This document shows, in pieces, positions 41,760 to 51,470 of a DNA stretch of 64,000 bases. Both the position numbers and the translations under genes were made by a program. The stretch covers positions 1,249-65,248 of the forward strand of contig DKJY01000109.1 of NCBI GenBank assembly GCA_002454955.1, in the 5' to 3' direction. The DNA is from Bacteroidales bacterium UBA6680. GTDB lineage: Bacteria > Bacteroidota > Bacteroidia > Bacteroidales > UBA6680. The stretch's first letter is position 1; each line of letters begins with the position of its first letter. The notes under the pieces were generated by a model. It was not told the DNA's origin, did not search any database, and was given only the letters and a program-made list of their open reading frames with translations.

Positions 41760-43115
41760 ATGAGTAACTTAGAACATATTAAAGAGTTTAAAGATCTCTA
41801 TTCATCTAAGATTGAGGGAATAGACTCTCCGGATTTTGTTCAGGAGATTAGAAAAAAATCAATAGAGGCTTTTACCTCTAAAGGTTTTCCTAACAGAAAG
41901 AACGAAGATTATAAATATACCGATATAGAATCGGTATTTAATAAAAACATACATAAGGTTACAGAGCCCAGAGAGACAGAGGTTAAACTTGAAGAGATAT
42001 TCAAGTGCGATGTACCTGATCTGGATGCCAACGCAATTACAGTTCTAAACGGATTCTACTATTCGCCGAATGGTGAGATGTTAAAAACGTTTGATAATGG
42101 TGTAATTGTAGGTAGTCTTGCTGCTGCAATTAACGAGTATCCGGATATTGTTAGTAAATACCTTAATGAACTTTGTAAAGATAGTAAAGAGTCATTGGTA
42201 TCGCTTAATAGTGCATTCTTGCAGGATGGTATATTCTTGTATGCACCAAAAGGAGCTGTAATTGATAAGCCACTTCAGATAGTTCATTTAATGATGGATG
42301 CTTCTGATATTATGGCACAGCACCGTAATCTTTTTGTATTTGAGCAGGGTGCCGAAGGTAAGGTTGTTATTTGCGATCATTCGTTGTCACCTGCAAATTT
42401 TATTACTAACTCTGTTACAGAGATTATTGCTGCTGAGAAATCGAATGTTGAGGTTATCAGAATGCAGAATGAGCATAATGAATCTAAGCAGTTCACAAAT
42501 ACATTTGTTAAGCAGCGTAAGGATAGTAAGGTAGTTCTTAATACTCTTACTCTTCATGGCGGGGTTGTTCGTAATAATGTTTTTGTTGATATGATTGATG
42601 AGGATTGTGAGAACTATACATACGGGTTGTATCTTGCCGACAGAAATCAGCATGTTGATAACTTTACATATATAAATCATGCTAAACCAAACTGTGTAAG
42701 TAACCAGTTGTATAAAGGTATTATGGATGATGAGGCTACCGGAGCGTTTACCGGACGTATTTATGTAGCAAAAGATGCTCAGAAAACAGAGGCATATCAG
42801 AACAATAATAATATTCTGTTAACAGATGATGCCCGAATGAGAAGTAAACCTCAGCTTGAGATTTATGCAGATGATGTAAAGTGTAGTCACGGATCAACAT
42901 CTGGTCAACTTGATGAGGATGCTTTGTTCTATATGAAAGCCAGAGGTATTGGCGATAAAGAGGCGAGAATGCTTCTTATGTTTGCTTTTGCACAGGAGAT
43001 AATCTCAAAGATTAGTATAGTTCCTCTTTATGAACGTGTACATGATTTGGTAGAGAAGAGACTTAGAGGAGAGTTATCTAGATGCAATAACTGTATGATG
43101 AATTGTAAAGCATAA
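41760..43115 (+). CDS. sufD: Fe-S cluster assembly protein SufD
   Basis: EDYKYTD, SNQLYKG, DAQKTEAYQ, KPQLEIYADDVKCSHG, LFYMKARGI. Confidence 0.97.
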   Translation: MSNLEHIKEFKDLYSSKIEGIDSPDFVQEIRKKSIEAFTSKGFPNRKNEDYKYTDIESVFNKNIHKVTEPRETEVKLEEIFKCDVPDLDANAITVLNGFYYSPNGEMLKTFDNGVIVGSLAAAINEYPDIVSKYLNELCKDSKESLVSLNSAFLQDGIFLYAPKGAVIDKPLQIVHLMMDASDIMAQHRNLFVFEQGAEGKVVICDHSLSPANFITNSVTEIIAAEKSNVEVIRMQNEHNESKQFTNTFVKQRKDSKVVLNTLTLHGGVVRNNVFVDMIDEDCENYTYGLYLADRNQHVDNFTYINHAKPNCVSNQLYKGIMDDEATGAFTGRIYVAKDAQKTEAYQNNNNILLTDDARMRSKPQLEIYADDVKCSHGSTSGQLDEDALFYMKARGIGDKEARMLLMFAFAQEIISKISIVPLYERVHDLVEKRLRGELSRCNNCMMNCKA

Positions 43116-43122
43116 ATATATT

Positions 43123-43152
43123 AAAGGGAGTAATATGTATTGCTCTCTTTTT
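43123..43152 (+). terminator. Intra-operon hairpin between sufD and sufS
   Basis: AAAGGGAGTAATA-tg-TATTGCTCTCTTTTT (includes G-U pairs). Confidence 0.6.
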
Positions 43153-43179
43153 GCTTTTTAATAATATAACTGAAGTAAA

Positions 43180-44400
43180 GTGAGCCTGGATCTTAATAAA
43201 ATACGAAAAGATTTTCCGCTGTTATCGCAGGATATATACAAGAAGCCTCTTGTTTATCTTGATAATGGTGCAACAACTCAGAAACCTCAACAGGTAATTG
43301 ATGCTGAGCTGGAGATGTATAATGCTCTTAATAGTAATATACATAGAGGGGTACATTATTTAAGTAACTGTTCAACAGATAAATTTGAAGAGGCCAGAAA
43401 AAAGATTAAAGATTTTATAAAAGCATCATCTGATAAAGAGATTGTGTTTACAGCAGGAACAACAGCTTCTGTTAATACAATTGCTTTCTCGCTAGGAGAA
43501 TATTGGATTGAACCTGGCGATGAGATTATACTATCAGAGATGGAGCATCACTCAAATATTGTTCCTTGGCAGATGTTGTGTGAACGTAAAGGTGCAAAAC
43601 TAAAAGTTATTCCTGTACTTGATAATGGAGAACTGGATATTGATGCATATGGTAAGCTATTGTCTGATAAAACAAAAATTGTTTCGGTAACACATGTCTC
43701 AAATACATTAGGAACAATAAACCCTATAGCAAAAATAACAGAGATGGCTCACAGTAAAGATGCCTATGTTGTTATTGATGGAGCACAAGGTATTCAGCAT
43801 GGTCAGCTAAATGTAAAGGATATTGATTGTGATTTTTATGTATTCTCCGGGCATAAGATATTTGCTCCTACAGGTATTGGGGTTCTTTATGGTAAAGAGG
43901 AGATATTAAATAAGATACCTCCGTATCAGGGTGGTGGCGATATGATAGATACTGTTACCTTTGAGAAAACAACATATGCTGAGCTACCGTTTAAGTTTGA
44001 GGCAGGTACTGCAAATTATATTGGTGCTGTTGGGCTTGGAGCTGCTATTGATTACATTGTTTCAGTAGGCATTGAGGATATTGCAGAGCAGGAGAAAGAG
44101 TTGTTGGAATATGCAACAAAAAAGTTGTCATCAATTGACGGACTTAAAATATATGGTACATCAGAAAACAAAGTAAGTACTATATCATTTTTGTTAGATG
44201 GTATTCATCATCTTGATACCGGAATGATTCTTGATAAACTTGGAATTGCTGTAAGAACAGGTCATCACTGTACGCAGCCATTAACAAAACGATTTGGTAT
44301 TGATGGTACTGTGCGTGCATCGTTTGCTTTTTATAATACAAAGGAAGAGGTAGATGCACTATATGATGGATTGCTTAAGGTTAAAGAACTTTTTGGCTAA
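43180..44400 (+). CDS. sufS: Cysteine desulfurase SufS
   Basis: YLDNGATTQKP, NIHRGVH, EHHSNIVPWQ, PLP-lysine FSGHK, RTGHHC; GTG start. Confidence 0.97.
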   Translation: MSLDLNKIRKDFPLLSQDIYKKPLVYLDNGATTQKPQQVIDAELEMYNALNSNIHRGVHYLSNCSTDKFEEARKKIKDFIKASSDKEIVFTAGTTASVNTIAFSLGEYWIEPGDEIILSEMEHHSNIVPWQMLCERKGAKLKVIPVLDNGELDIDAYGKLLSDKTKIVSVTHVSNTLGTINPIAKITEMAHSKDAYVVIDGAQGIQHGQLNVKDIDCDFYVFSGHKIFAPTGIGVLYGKEEILNKIPPYQGGGDMIDTVTFEKTTYAELPFKFEAGTANYIGAVGLGAAIDYIVSVGIEDIAEQEKELLEYATKKLSSIDGLKIYGTSENKVSTISFLLDGIHHLDTGMILDKLGIAVRTGHHCTQPLTKRFGIDGTVRASFAFYNTKEEVDALYDGLLKVKELFG

Positions 44401-44412
44401 AAAATATATAAT

Positions 44413-44838
44413 ATGACACTTAATGAACTGCAAGACGAGATAATTGAAGAGTTTGCTATCTATGACGATTGGATGGACAGATACAATTATCTTATTGATT
44501 TAGGAAAAGATTTAGAGCAGATTGATCCAAAATATAAAACTGAAGAGTATATAATTCAAGGATGTCAGTCAAAAGTGTGGGTCAATGCTGATCTTGTTGA
44601 CGGAAAGATTAAATATGGAGCAGATAGCGATGCAATAATTACAAAAGGTATAATAGCATTACTGATCAGAGTTTTGTCTAACAGAGAGCCTTCTGAGATT
44701 GTTGAAGCTGACCTCTATTTTATTGATAAAATTGGATTAAAGGAGAATTTGTCGCCAACCAGAGCAAACGGACTTGTTGCAATGGTTAAACAGATGAGGC
44801 TGTATGCTCTTGCATATAAGGCTAAGTTGAATGGTTAA
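44413..44838 (+). CDS. sufE: Sulfur acceptor SufE
   Basis: GCQSKVW, DSDAIITKG, LSPTRANGL. Confidence 0.97.
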   Translation: MTLNELQDEIIEEFAIYDDWMDRYNYLIDLGKDLEQIDPKYKTEEYIIQGCQSKVWVNADLVDGKIKYGADSDAIITKGIIALLIRVLSNREPSEIVEADLYFIDKIGLKENLSPTRANGLVAMVKQMRLYALAYKAKLNG

Positions 44839-44849
44839 AACTATATGTT

Positions 44850-45167
44850 ATGGCAATAGATATTATGGAGATGGAACGCGATATAGTACGTGTTCTTAAA
44901 ATGGTAAACGACCCCGAGATACCTGTAAATGTATACGATTTAGGGTTGATTTATAAGGTTGATATAGCTGATGATGCTATTGTTACTGTAGATATGACTC
45001 TTACTGCACCGAATTGCCCGATGGCAGATCAACTTTTGCAGGATGTGCATGATCATGTAAAGATGGTTTCTGGTGTTAAGGATGTTGTAATTAATCTTGT
45101 TTTTGATCCGCCATGGGACAAAGATATGATGACAGAAGAGGCAAAACTTGAACTTGGGTTCTTGTAA
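44850..45167 (+). CDS. sufT: DUF59 Fe-S maturation factor SufT
   Basis: DPEIPVNVYDLGLIY, MTLTAPNCP, VFDPPW. Confidence 0.93.
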   Translation: MAIDIMEMERDIVRVLKMVNDPEIPVNVYDLGLIYKVDIADDAIVTVDMTLTAPNCPMADQLLQDVHDHVKMVSGVKDVVINLVFDPPWDKDMMTEEAKLELGFL

Positions 45168-45175
45168 AAATATAG

Positions 45176-45198
45176 AGGAGACTTAGTCTCCTTTTTTT
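45176..45198 (+). terminator. Terminator ending the suf operon
   Basis: AGGAGAC-tta-GTCTCCT plus T-tract. Confidence 0.8.
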
Positions 45199-45274
45199 AA
45201 TTCTTTGAAAATAAACATATAAATGAGTATCTTTTAGGTTGATAAGAATTGTGTTTAATTAAAACCTGATAGAT

Positions 45275-45682
45275 ATGAGATGTTTTGTGAGAATAACACT
45301 GATAACTGCGGCTATTTTTATTTGTGGCAGTACGTATGTCTTGGGGCAGAATACAGATGCTAAAAAGCAGGATAAAGAGATAAAAATAGAGCAGAAAACG
45401 GAGTATGAATTGATTGTAATTGATCCTGGTTTTGAATCGTGGTATAGCCTGCGCAATGTAAAATCTAAACATAAAAGCGAAGCCTATTATAAAAATTGGA
45501 ATAATCGTTATGCCATAGAGTGGAACAGGCTTTATAGAAAAGGAACCCGAAATATTGATAGTGATATAGACTATAACCTTAATACAGATTATGGGTTTGA
45601 ATTGAACCATAAACTATATTACTATTTCAGATTTTGGGAAGAGACCAACGGACGAATGCTGATTAAAAGAAATGTGAAATAG
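45275..45682 (+). CDS. Exported DUF6146-like protein
   Basis: EYELIVIDPGFESW, YYKNWNNRYAIEWN, DYGFELNHKLYYYF pattern. Confidence 0.75.
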   Translation: MRCFVRITLITAAIFICGSTYVLGQNTDAKKQDKEIKIEQKTEYELIVIDPGFESWYSLRNVKSKHKSEAYYKNWNNRYAIEWNRLYRKGTRNIDSDIDYNLNTDYGFELNHKLYYYFRFWEETNGRMLIKRNVK

Positions 45683-45684
45683 TG

Positions 45685-45710
45685 AAAGAGACCTTGCAAG
45701 GTCTCTTTTC
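45685..45710. terminator. Bidirectional terminator
   Basis: AAAGAGACCTTG-CAAGGTCTCTTT palindrome between convergent genes. Confidence 0.8.
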
Positions 45711-45717
45711 TCTTATA

Positions 45718-46419
45718 TTATTTACTACTCCATAATACAATTCCAATTCTTGCTCCTAATGCAAGTGATAGATTGCCTGAAACGCCTTGATTTTTATAAC
45801 CATTATTTAGGCTTGAGAATATACCCGAATAGTCAGATTCATACTGGTTAACAATATTTGAGTATTCCGTATTTCTTATTCGGTATCCTATTCCTCCGTA
45901 AATATCAAAAGTAATTATATTGGCAATAGTAGCCTTGAAACCACCTTTAATATGAAAACCATACTTTTTCATCTCTACGTTGGCAAAATCAAATGAGAAT
46001 GTTTTGTCCTCATCGTAATCAAAAAACCTGTCATCTTTTAGTCTGTTCTTCATGTTTATATAGAACAACTCAGGACCGAAGTAAAAACCAATATAATTAT
46101 TAATATTCAAATACTTCTTAAACTCTGGTCTGATCTCTAAGAGAGAATAGTTGTTTCCTACAGAATTGTCATCAATGCTTTCTCTATTTATATCTGAGCT
46201 ACCATATCCGATATCAACAGAAATAGATCGCTTACTTTTAATTATATACTCTAAACCAACTCTGTATCTCGGATTTGAATCATAAGAACTAAGCGGCATG
46301 ACAGATATCTGTAGCGAATTTTTGATATCATATTTTCTATTTTCATCCTGAGCATACAGTTTTGTTGTACACAAATGCACAGCAATGGCAATAACTACAA
46401 AAGCTAATGTTTTTTTCAT
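45718..46419 (-). CDS. Outer-membrane beta-barrel protein (DUF3575-like)
   Basis: Signal peptide LYA-Q; strands SISVDIGYG, IRPEFKKYL, GFYFGP, FDIYGGIGYR, LALGARIG. Confidence 0.7.
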   Translation of the reverse strand: MKKTLAFVVIAIAVHLCTTKLYAQDENRKYDIKNSLQISVMPLSSYDSNPRYRVGLEYIIKSKRSISVDIGYGSSDINRESIDDNSVGNNYSLLEIRPEFKKYLNINNYIGFYFGPELFYINMKNRLKDDRFFDYDEDKTFSFDFANVEMKKYGFHIKGGFKATIANIITFDIYGGIGYRIRNTEYSNIVNQYESDYSGIFSSLNNGYKNQGVSGNLSLALGARIGIVLWSSK

Positions 46420-46656
46420 AGTCTCTGAGTTTTAATGTTATTCTGGTATTCATACTAGAATAACTTATTAATTTCTATTATAATTCTTGTCGTTTAACGC
46501 AATGTTGCAGTTTCAAATATATAACTATTGTAGATGATTTTGGCAATAAACACTAATTAAATGTTATGTAGTATGTAAAACACGGTAACACTATATCAAA
46601 TTCATCAAAAGTTACACTACTCTTTTAAATCAATTAGGAATAGGTATATTTGTGAT

Positions 46657-47217
46657 GTGAAGAATTATAGTTTAGATGAAATAAAAAGAGGAGATAAATC
46701 GTCTTTTAAGAAGTTGTTTACGGAGCTATATGATCCTTTGGTAAGGTTTGTTACATTGTATGTAGGATGTTCAGTAACAGCAGAGGAGTTGGTTCAGGAT
46801 TTCTTTGTAGGTCTTTGGGAAAAGCGTATGTCTTTGAATATAAAATCGTCGCTGCGATCTTATATATTCACATCTGTTCGTAATAGAGCTCTAAACTATA
46901 AACGCGATAATAAACCTAATCAATATACTGATGATATCTTAGATAATATTGAAGATGAGATATGGGCAGATGTAAGTGAGTTTGAGAATGAAAAAATTGA
47001 CGAGTTAAAGGAGAAGGTGAGAGGTGCAATTGATGACTTACCTGATAAATGCCGTGAAATATTTTTGTTAGGTAAAGAGAACGGTCTTACATATTCTGAA
47101 ATATCAGAAGAGTTATCAATATCAAAAAAGACAGTGGAGAATCAGATGGGAATAGCTCTAAAGAAACTTAAAGAGAATCTGTCGCCAATACTATTTCTTA
47201 TGGCTGTTATGTTCTGA
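46657..47217 (+). CDS. ECF RNA polymerase sigma-70 factor (FecI-like, Bacteroidota expansion type)
   Basis: AEELVQDFFVGLWEKR, SLRSYIFTSVRNRALN, LPDKCREIF..GLTYSEISEELSISKKTVENQMGIAL; GTG start. Confidence 0.95.
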   Translation: MKNYSLDEIKRGDKSSFKKLFTELYDPLVRFVTLYVGCSVTAEELVQDFFVGLWEKRMSLNIKSSLRSYIFTSVRNRALNYKRDNKPNQYTDDILDNIEDEIWADVSEFENEKIDELKEKVRGAIDDLPDKCREIFLLGKENGLTYSEISEELSISKKTVENQMGIALKKLKENLSPILFLMAVMF

Positions 47218-47362
47218 TATACTCTCCCTGCTAAATGAACATACTTAGTATTATCTTATCTAAATGTCATTATCATTAAAAAAAATACTATTTTTACAGC
47301 GTTGATTATCTGTTGTTTAATTATTGAAATAAATTATTTCCGAAAAAAATAAAAAATGCTTT

Positions 47363-47390
47363 GGGGGTTTTGCATAAGTGGTGTGTCTTA
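47363..47390 (+). promoter_or_regulatory. Putative ECF-sigma target promoter
   Basis: GGGGG(47363-47367)-N16-TGTCT(47384-47388), preceded by A-tracts. This resembles the motif commonly seen between ECF sigma and fecR genes in Bacteroidota. Confidence 0.55.
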
Positions 47391-47496
47391 TATGTGAAAA
47401 GACAAGTTTTAGCTTCCGGAATAATAAAGTATTGTTGTAAAAGTATCTGTTTATACAGATACCTTATTTTTTAACTATTTTGATTATAGAGGAGAT

Positions 47497-47742
47497 ATGG
47501 TAATAGATAATCCAACAGAATTAGTTGAAAGGTATTTTTGTAGTCGTCTCTCATATGATGAGTGCAGTACCTTGATTGACTGGGTAAAAGCTTCGGATGA
47601 TAACAGAAAGCTTTTTCTGAGGTTGAGAAGGCGTTTTGCGATAAAGAAGAGAATACAGATGGTAAAGGCAATTTTCTTATCAGATTCTAATGCCACACAA
47701 GCTTCTCTTGACTACTCTAAACGTGTTGAAAAGATTGCTTAA
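47497..47742 (+). CDS. Small protein resembling an isolated FecR N-terminal anti-sigma domain
   Basis: ELVERYFCSRLSYDECSTLIDWVKASDDNRKLFLRLRRRF aligns without gaps to FecR DLIIRYMGGDLSKEERESLVLWVSKSDDNRKIFKEFRKVW; no TM segment. Confidence 0.72.
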   Translation: MVIDNPTELVERYFCSRLSYDECSTLIDWVKASDDNRKLFLRLRRRFAIKKRIQMVKAIFLSDSNATQASLDYSKRVEKIA

Positions 47743-47832
47743 TATAGTGCACAGTCATATAACTTGTTATGTATTAAGCTCACTAAAATTTAATTATTTG
47801 TTGTTTTGATACATAATGAATACATACAAGCC

Positions 47833-48843
47833 ATGAAAAATCGATCTGATATACCAGAAGATCTTATTATAAGGTATATGGGTGGTGATCTCTCTAAAGA
47901 AGAGAGGGAGAGCCTTGTTTTATGGGTTAGTAAAAGTGACGATAACAGGAAGATATTTAAAGAGTTCAGAAAAGTATGGATACTTAAATGTCTGGCAGGG
48001 GAGGATTATGACAGTGAAAGTGCATGGAAGAGCGTTAGCAAACGAGTTAGCGGTAAAAAAAGTATTGACAGGAGACTCTTTGTAAGATTGATGTCGGTTG
48101 CGGCATCGGTAATTATGATTATTGCATTGTGGTTTGTGGTATCAGATAGCAATGTGCAAACCAGTTATATCATTGTAAAAGTTCTTGCAGGGGAATTTCC
48201 CAAAGAGGTGATATTACCTGATAGTACTATCGTTTGGGTTAATAGCGATTCTGAACTTAAATATCCAGTTACATTTGCCGGTAACGAACGTGCTGTGACA
48301 TTTAATGGAGAGGGTTATTTTGAAGTAACAAAGAACAAAAAAAGACCATTTGTTATCTACTCAGATAATACAATAACAAGAGTATTGGGAACCTCTTTTA
48401 ATCTCAATACAAGAGTGTCAGAACATAAATCAGAACTTGTAGTTATTACAGGTAAAGTAAAATTTGAAAACAGAATTACAGAGGCATCGGTTGAATTGAT
48501 TGCTGATGATAAAGGTATAGTTGACATTGAGGAGAATACTGAGATAGTAGAAACTGCTCCTCCTGCTAAAACTAAGATAGATAATTATAATGTAATAGCA
48601 TGGAAGACAAAAGAGTTTGAGTTTGACGAAACTGAACTCGACGATATACTAAGAGAGATTGAAAAAGTATATCATGTTGAAATATTAGTAGAAGAGGAAA
48701 AGCTTTTAAGCGTTAGAGTGACAACATCGTTCAGTTCACTTACTGCTGAAGATATTATTGAGATGTTATCAGATACAGTTGGATTTGATTACATAGTTGA
48801 TGATGAGGGGACGTATATTATTGAAGGAGTAGTTAATGAGTAG
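47833..48843 (+). CDS. FecR-family anti-sigma factor
   Basis: N-domain, TM VAASVIMIIALWFVV, LPDSTIVWVNSDSELKYP, GEGYFEV, VLGTSFN, AWKTKEFEF. Start taken at ATG 47833. Confidence 0.94.
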   Translation: MKNRSDIPEDLIIRYMGGDLSKEERESLVLWVSKSDDNRKIFKEFRKVWILKCLAGEDYDSESAWKSVSKRVSGKKSIDRRLFVRLMSVAASVIMIIALWFVVSDSNVQTSYIIVKVLAGEFPKEVILPDSTIVWVNSDSELKYPVTFAGNERAVTFNGEGYFEVTKNKKRPFVIYSDNTITRVLGTSFNLNTRVSEHKSELVVITGKVKFENRITEASVELIADDKGIVDIEENTEIVETAPPAKTKIDNYNVIAWKTKEFEFDETELDDILREIEKVYHVEILVEEEKLLSVRVTTSFSSLTAEDIIEMLSDTVGFDYIVDDEGTYIIEGVVNE

Positions 48844-51469
48844 AAGTTTTACTATTGTTTTTTTCATATTTCTAATACCTTTTCAACTCTTATTGGCCGA
48901 CCCGCCAGTAAGAGAGAGGTTTAGTATAAATATTGTAGATAAAACAATAAAGGAGGCCTTTATAGAGGTAAAAAAAGTTACAGGTTACTCCTTTTCATAC
49001 CGCACAGAGATAATTAACCCAAAAGCAAAGGTTACAATTGTTGGCGATAGGCTAACAATAAAAAAGATTATAACAGAATTGTTAAAAGATCAGAATGTTC
49101 TTTTTTCAATTAAACGAAATGTAATAATAATAAAAGGGCGAAGGAAGAAAGTGAAGAAGAAGTTTACTATAAGTGGTATGATTCAGGAAGCAAGTAGTTC
49201 TGAATCGTTGATAGGAGCATCAGTGTATGTTGCTAACAGCGATATTGGAACCACATCAAATAATTATGGCTTCTATTCACTTTCGTTACCTGCTGGTAAA
49301 TACGTAATTGTATCATCATACTCTGGATGTTATAGCAGAAAGGATACTATAAACCTTAATACCGATATTAGAAAAGATATTGATCTGGCACTTGTAGCAC
49401 ATAAAAAGAGTGAACCAAAAGAGTTGACAAAGAGTCCGGATGTTAAAGGCATTCCGTTGAGTATGATGACTTTACCGGTAGAGGAGATAAAGCTAATGCC
49501 TACATTGCACGGAGAGATTGATGTTTTAGAGAGTCTTAAAATGTTACCAGGTATTCAGGGTAGAGGAGATATTCGTAACGATTTTAATGTAAGAGGAGGA
49601 GCTATAGATGAAAACCTTATATTATTAGATGATGCTCCAATATATAATCCATCTCATGTATTAGGATTCTTCTCTATGTTTAATTCTGATGCAATAAAGG
49701 ATATAAAGGTATATAAAGGGGGGATTCCTGCGCAATATGGGAGTAGAACATCTTCTGTAGTTGATATACGCATGAATGATGGTAATATGAAGAGATATGA
49801 AGGGCATGCTTCATTAGGAACTCTTGCATCTAAAATCTCTTTTCAGGGACCAGTAAAGAGAGATGTAGCTTCGTTTATGATATCGGGACGATATTCTTAT
49901 GCCGGATTCTCTGCCGATAATGCTGTAACAATATTAGATGATCTGGGAATACGATCAAGTGAAATATCTAAATATAAAAAAGGAAACGAGATTAACTTTT
50001 ACGATGTTAATCTAAAACTGAACTATAAGTTTAATGATAATAACAGATTCTATGTTTCTGCATATGCAGGTAAAGATAATTTCTACTATCAGTTATCAAC
50101 TGATAAGAACAGAATAAATTGGGGGAATTATGCTTCAACATTAAGATGGAATCATATATATAACGATAGGTTGTTTTCTAATACAACAGCGTCATTTAGT
50201 AAATATGGATATTCGTATTCTGTTATTGACGGAGTTAGAGATTATAAATGGAGTTCGTCGTTAAGGGAATTTAATATTAAAACAGATTATGACTTCTTTG
50301 TAAATTCAAATAGTAGTATAAAATTTGGATTAGGAATAACGGGTAATTTTATTTTGCCAGGAGAACTGAAACCTGAGTCGGATACATCTGTTACATCATC
50401 TTTTTCACTTGGCGATAAATCAGCTTACGAGCCATTCATATATCTGAGTCATAAATTTAATGCAGGAGCAGGACTATCATTTGAGTATGGAATTCGTTAC
50501 TCTGCAAATATAAATACCTCAGGAGGAATAGTATATTCATATTCTGATGAATACAAAACAGATATAACTAGTGTAAAATATAATAAAAAGGGAAGCATTA
50601 ATACATTTTATCATGGCCTTGAGCCGCGATTGAATGTTATTTATAGGATAAACAACACTCAATCCCTGAAGGCATCATATACCCGAACCAGACAATATCT
50701 ACGTCTTCTTTCCTCTTCGGGTATAGGGATGCCCATTGATGTTTGGTATCCTGTAGATGATTACATAAAACCTCAAATAACCGATCTTGTCTCATTCGGT
50801 TATTTTAGAGGTTTTAAAGAGAATAAGTGGGAAACATCTGTAGAGCTTTATTATAAGGATATGAATAATCAGATTGCATATAGAGATAACTCTAATCTGT
50901 TTCTGAATAAATATATTGAAAGAGAGCTGAGAATTGGTGAAGGATGGTCTTATGGGGCAGAGTTTCTTGTAAAGAAAAATAGTGGTGTTATATCTGGTTG
51001 GCTGGCATATACATTGGCTAAATCAGAGAATAAGATAAGTGGAATAAATTCAGGAAAAGCTTTTCCATCCAGGTTTGATAAGAGACATAATATATCGTTA
51101 TATGCAAATTATAATTTCTCAAATAGAATATCATTAGGATGTAATTTTGTGTATTCAACAGGCAATGCAATTACAGCACCTCAGGGTAGTTTTAGTTACA
51201 ACGGAGTACTTGTTAATAGATATACAGATCGTAATTCCTATAGACTGCCTGATTATCACCGTTTAGATCTGTCGTTGAAATGTAAAGGGAAAGAATTTAA
51301 ACAAGTAGATACAGAGTGGATTTTTGCACTGTATAATGTTTATAACAGAAGGAATGCATATAGTATTCATAATAAGAGACCTTCTTCTGGATATATAAAT
51401 AATCAGATGTATATGGTCTATTTATCAGGGATAATTCCTTCGGTAACGTTTCGTATGAAATTTAAATAG
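48836..51469 (+). CDS. TonB-dependent receptor/transducer with N-terminal STN-like extension
   Basis: N-extension (KKVTGYSFSY), FTISGMI..ESLIGASV..GTTSNNYGFYSL, plug FNVRGG..DENLILLDDAPIYNPSH, PAQYGSRTSSV, YRLPDYHRLDLS. Confidence 0.93.
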   Translation: MSRSFTIVFFIFLIPFQLLLADPPVRERFSINIVDKTIKEAFIEVKKVTGYSFSYRTEIINPKAKVTIVGDRLTIKKIITELLKDQNVLFSIKRNVIIIKGRRKKVKKKFTISGMIQEASSSESLIGASVYVANSDIGTTSNNYGFYSLSLPAGKYVIVSSYSGCYSRKDTINLNTDIRKDIDLALVAHKKSEPKELTKSPDVKGIPLSMMTLPVEEIKLMPTLHGEIDVLESLKMLPGIQGRGDIRNDFNVRGGAIDENLILLDDAPIYNPSHVLGFFSMFNSDAIKDIKVYKGGIPAQYGSRTSSVVDIRMNDGNMKRYEGHASLGTLASKISFQGPVKRDVASFMISGRYSYAGFSADNAVTILDDLGIRSSEISKYKKGNEINFYDVNLKLNYKFNDNNRFYVSAYAGKDNFYYQLSTDKNRINWGNYASTLRWNHIYNDRLFSNTTASFSKYGYSYSVIDGVRDYKWSSSLREFNIKTDYDFFVNSNSSIKFGLGITGNFILPGELKPESDTSVTSSFSLGDKSAYEPFIYLSHKFNAGAGLSFEYGIRYSANINTSGGIVYSYSDEYKTDITSVKYNKKGSINTFYHGLEPRLNVIYRINNTQSLKASYTRTRQYLRLLSSSGIGMPIDVWYPVDDYIKPQITDLVSFGYFRGFKENKWETSVELYYKDMNNQIAYRDNSNLFLNKYIERELRIGEGWSYGAEFLVKKNSGVISGWLAYTLAKSENKISGINSGKAFPSRFDKRHNISLYANYNFSNRISLGCNFVYSTGNAITAPQGSFSYNGVLVNRYTDRNSYRLPDYHRLDLSLKCKGKEFKQVDTEWIFALYNVYNRRNAYSIHNKRPSSGYINNQMYMVYLSGIIPSVTFRMKFK

Positions 51470-51470
51470 A

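Noticed and set aside
45197-45610. Hydrophobic 137-aa minus-strand ORF
   Set aside because: It is antisense to the DUF6146-like gene, which has a signal peptide and family motifs.
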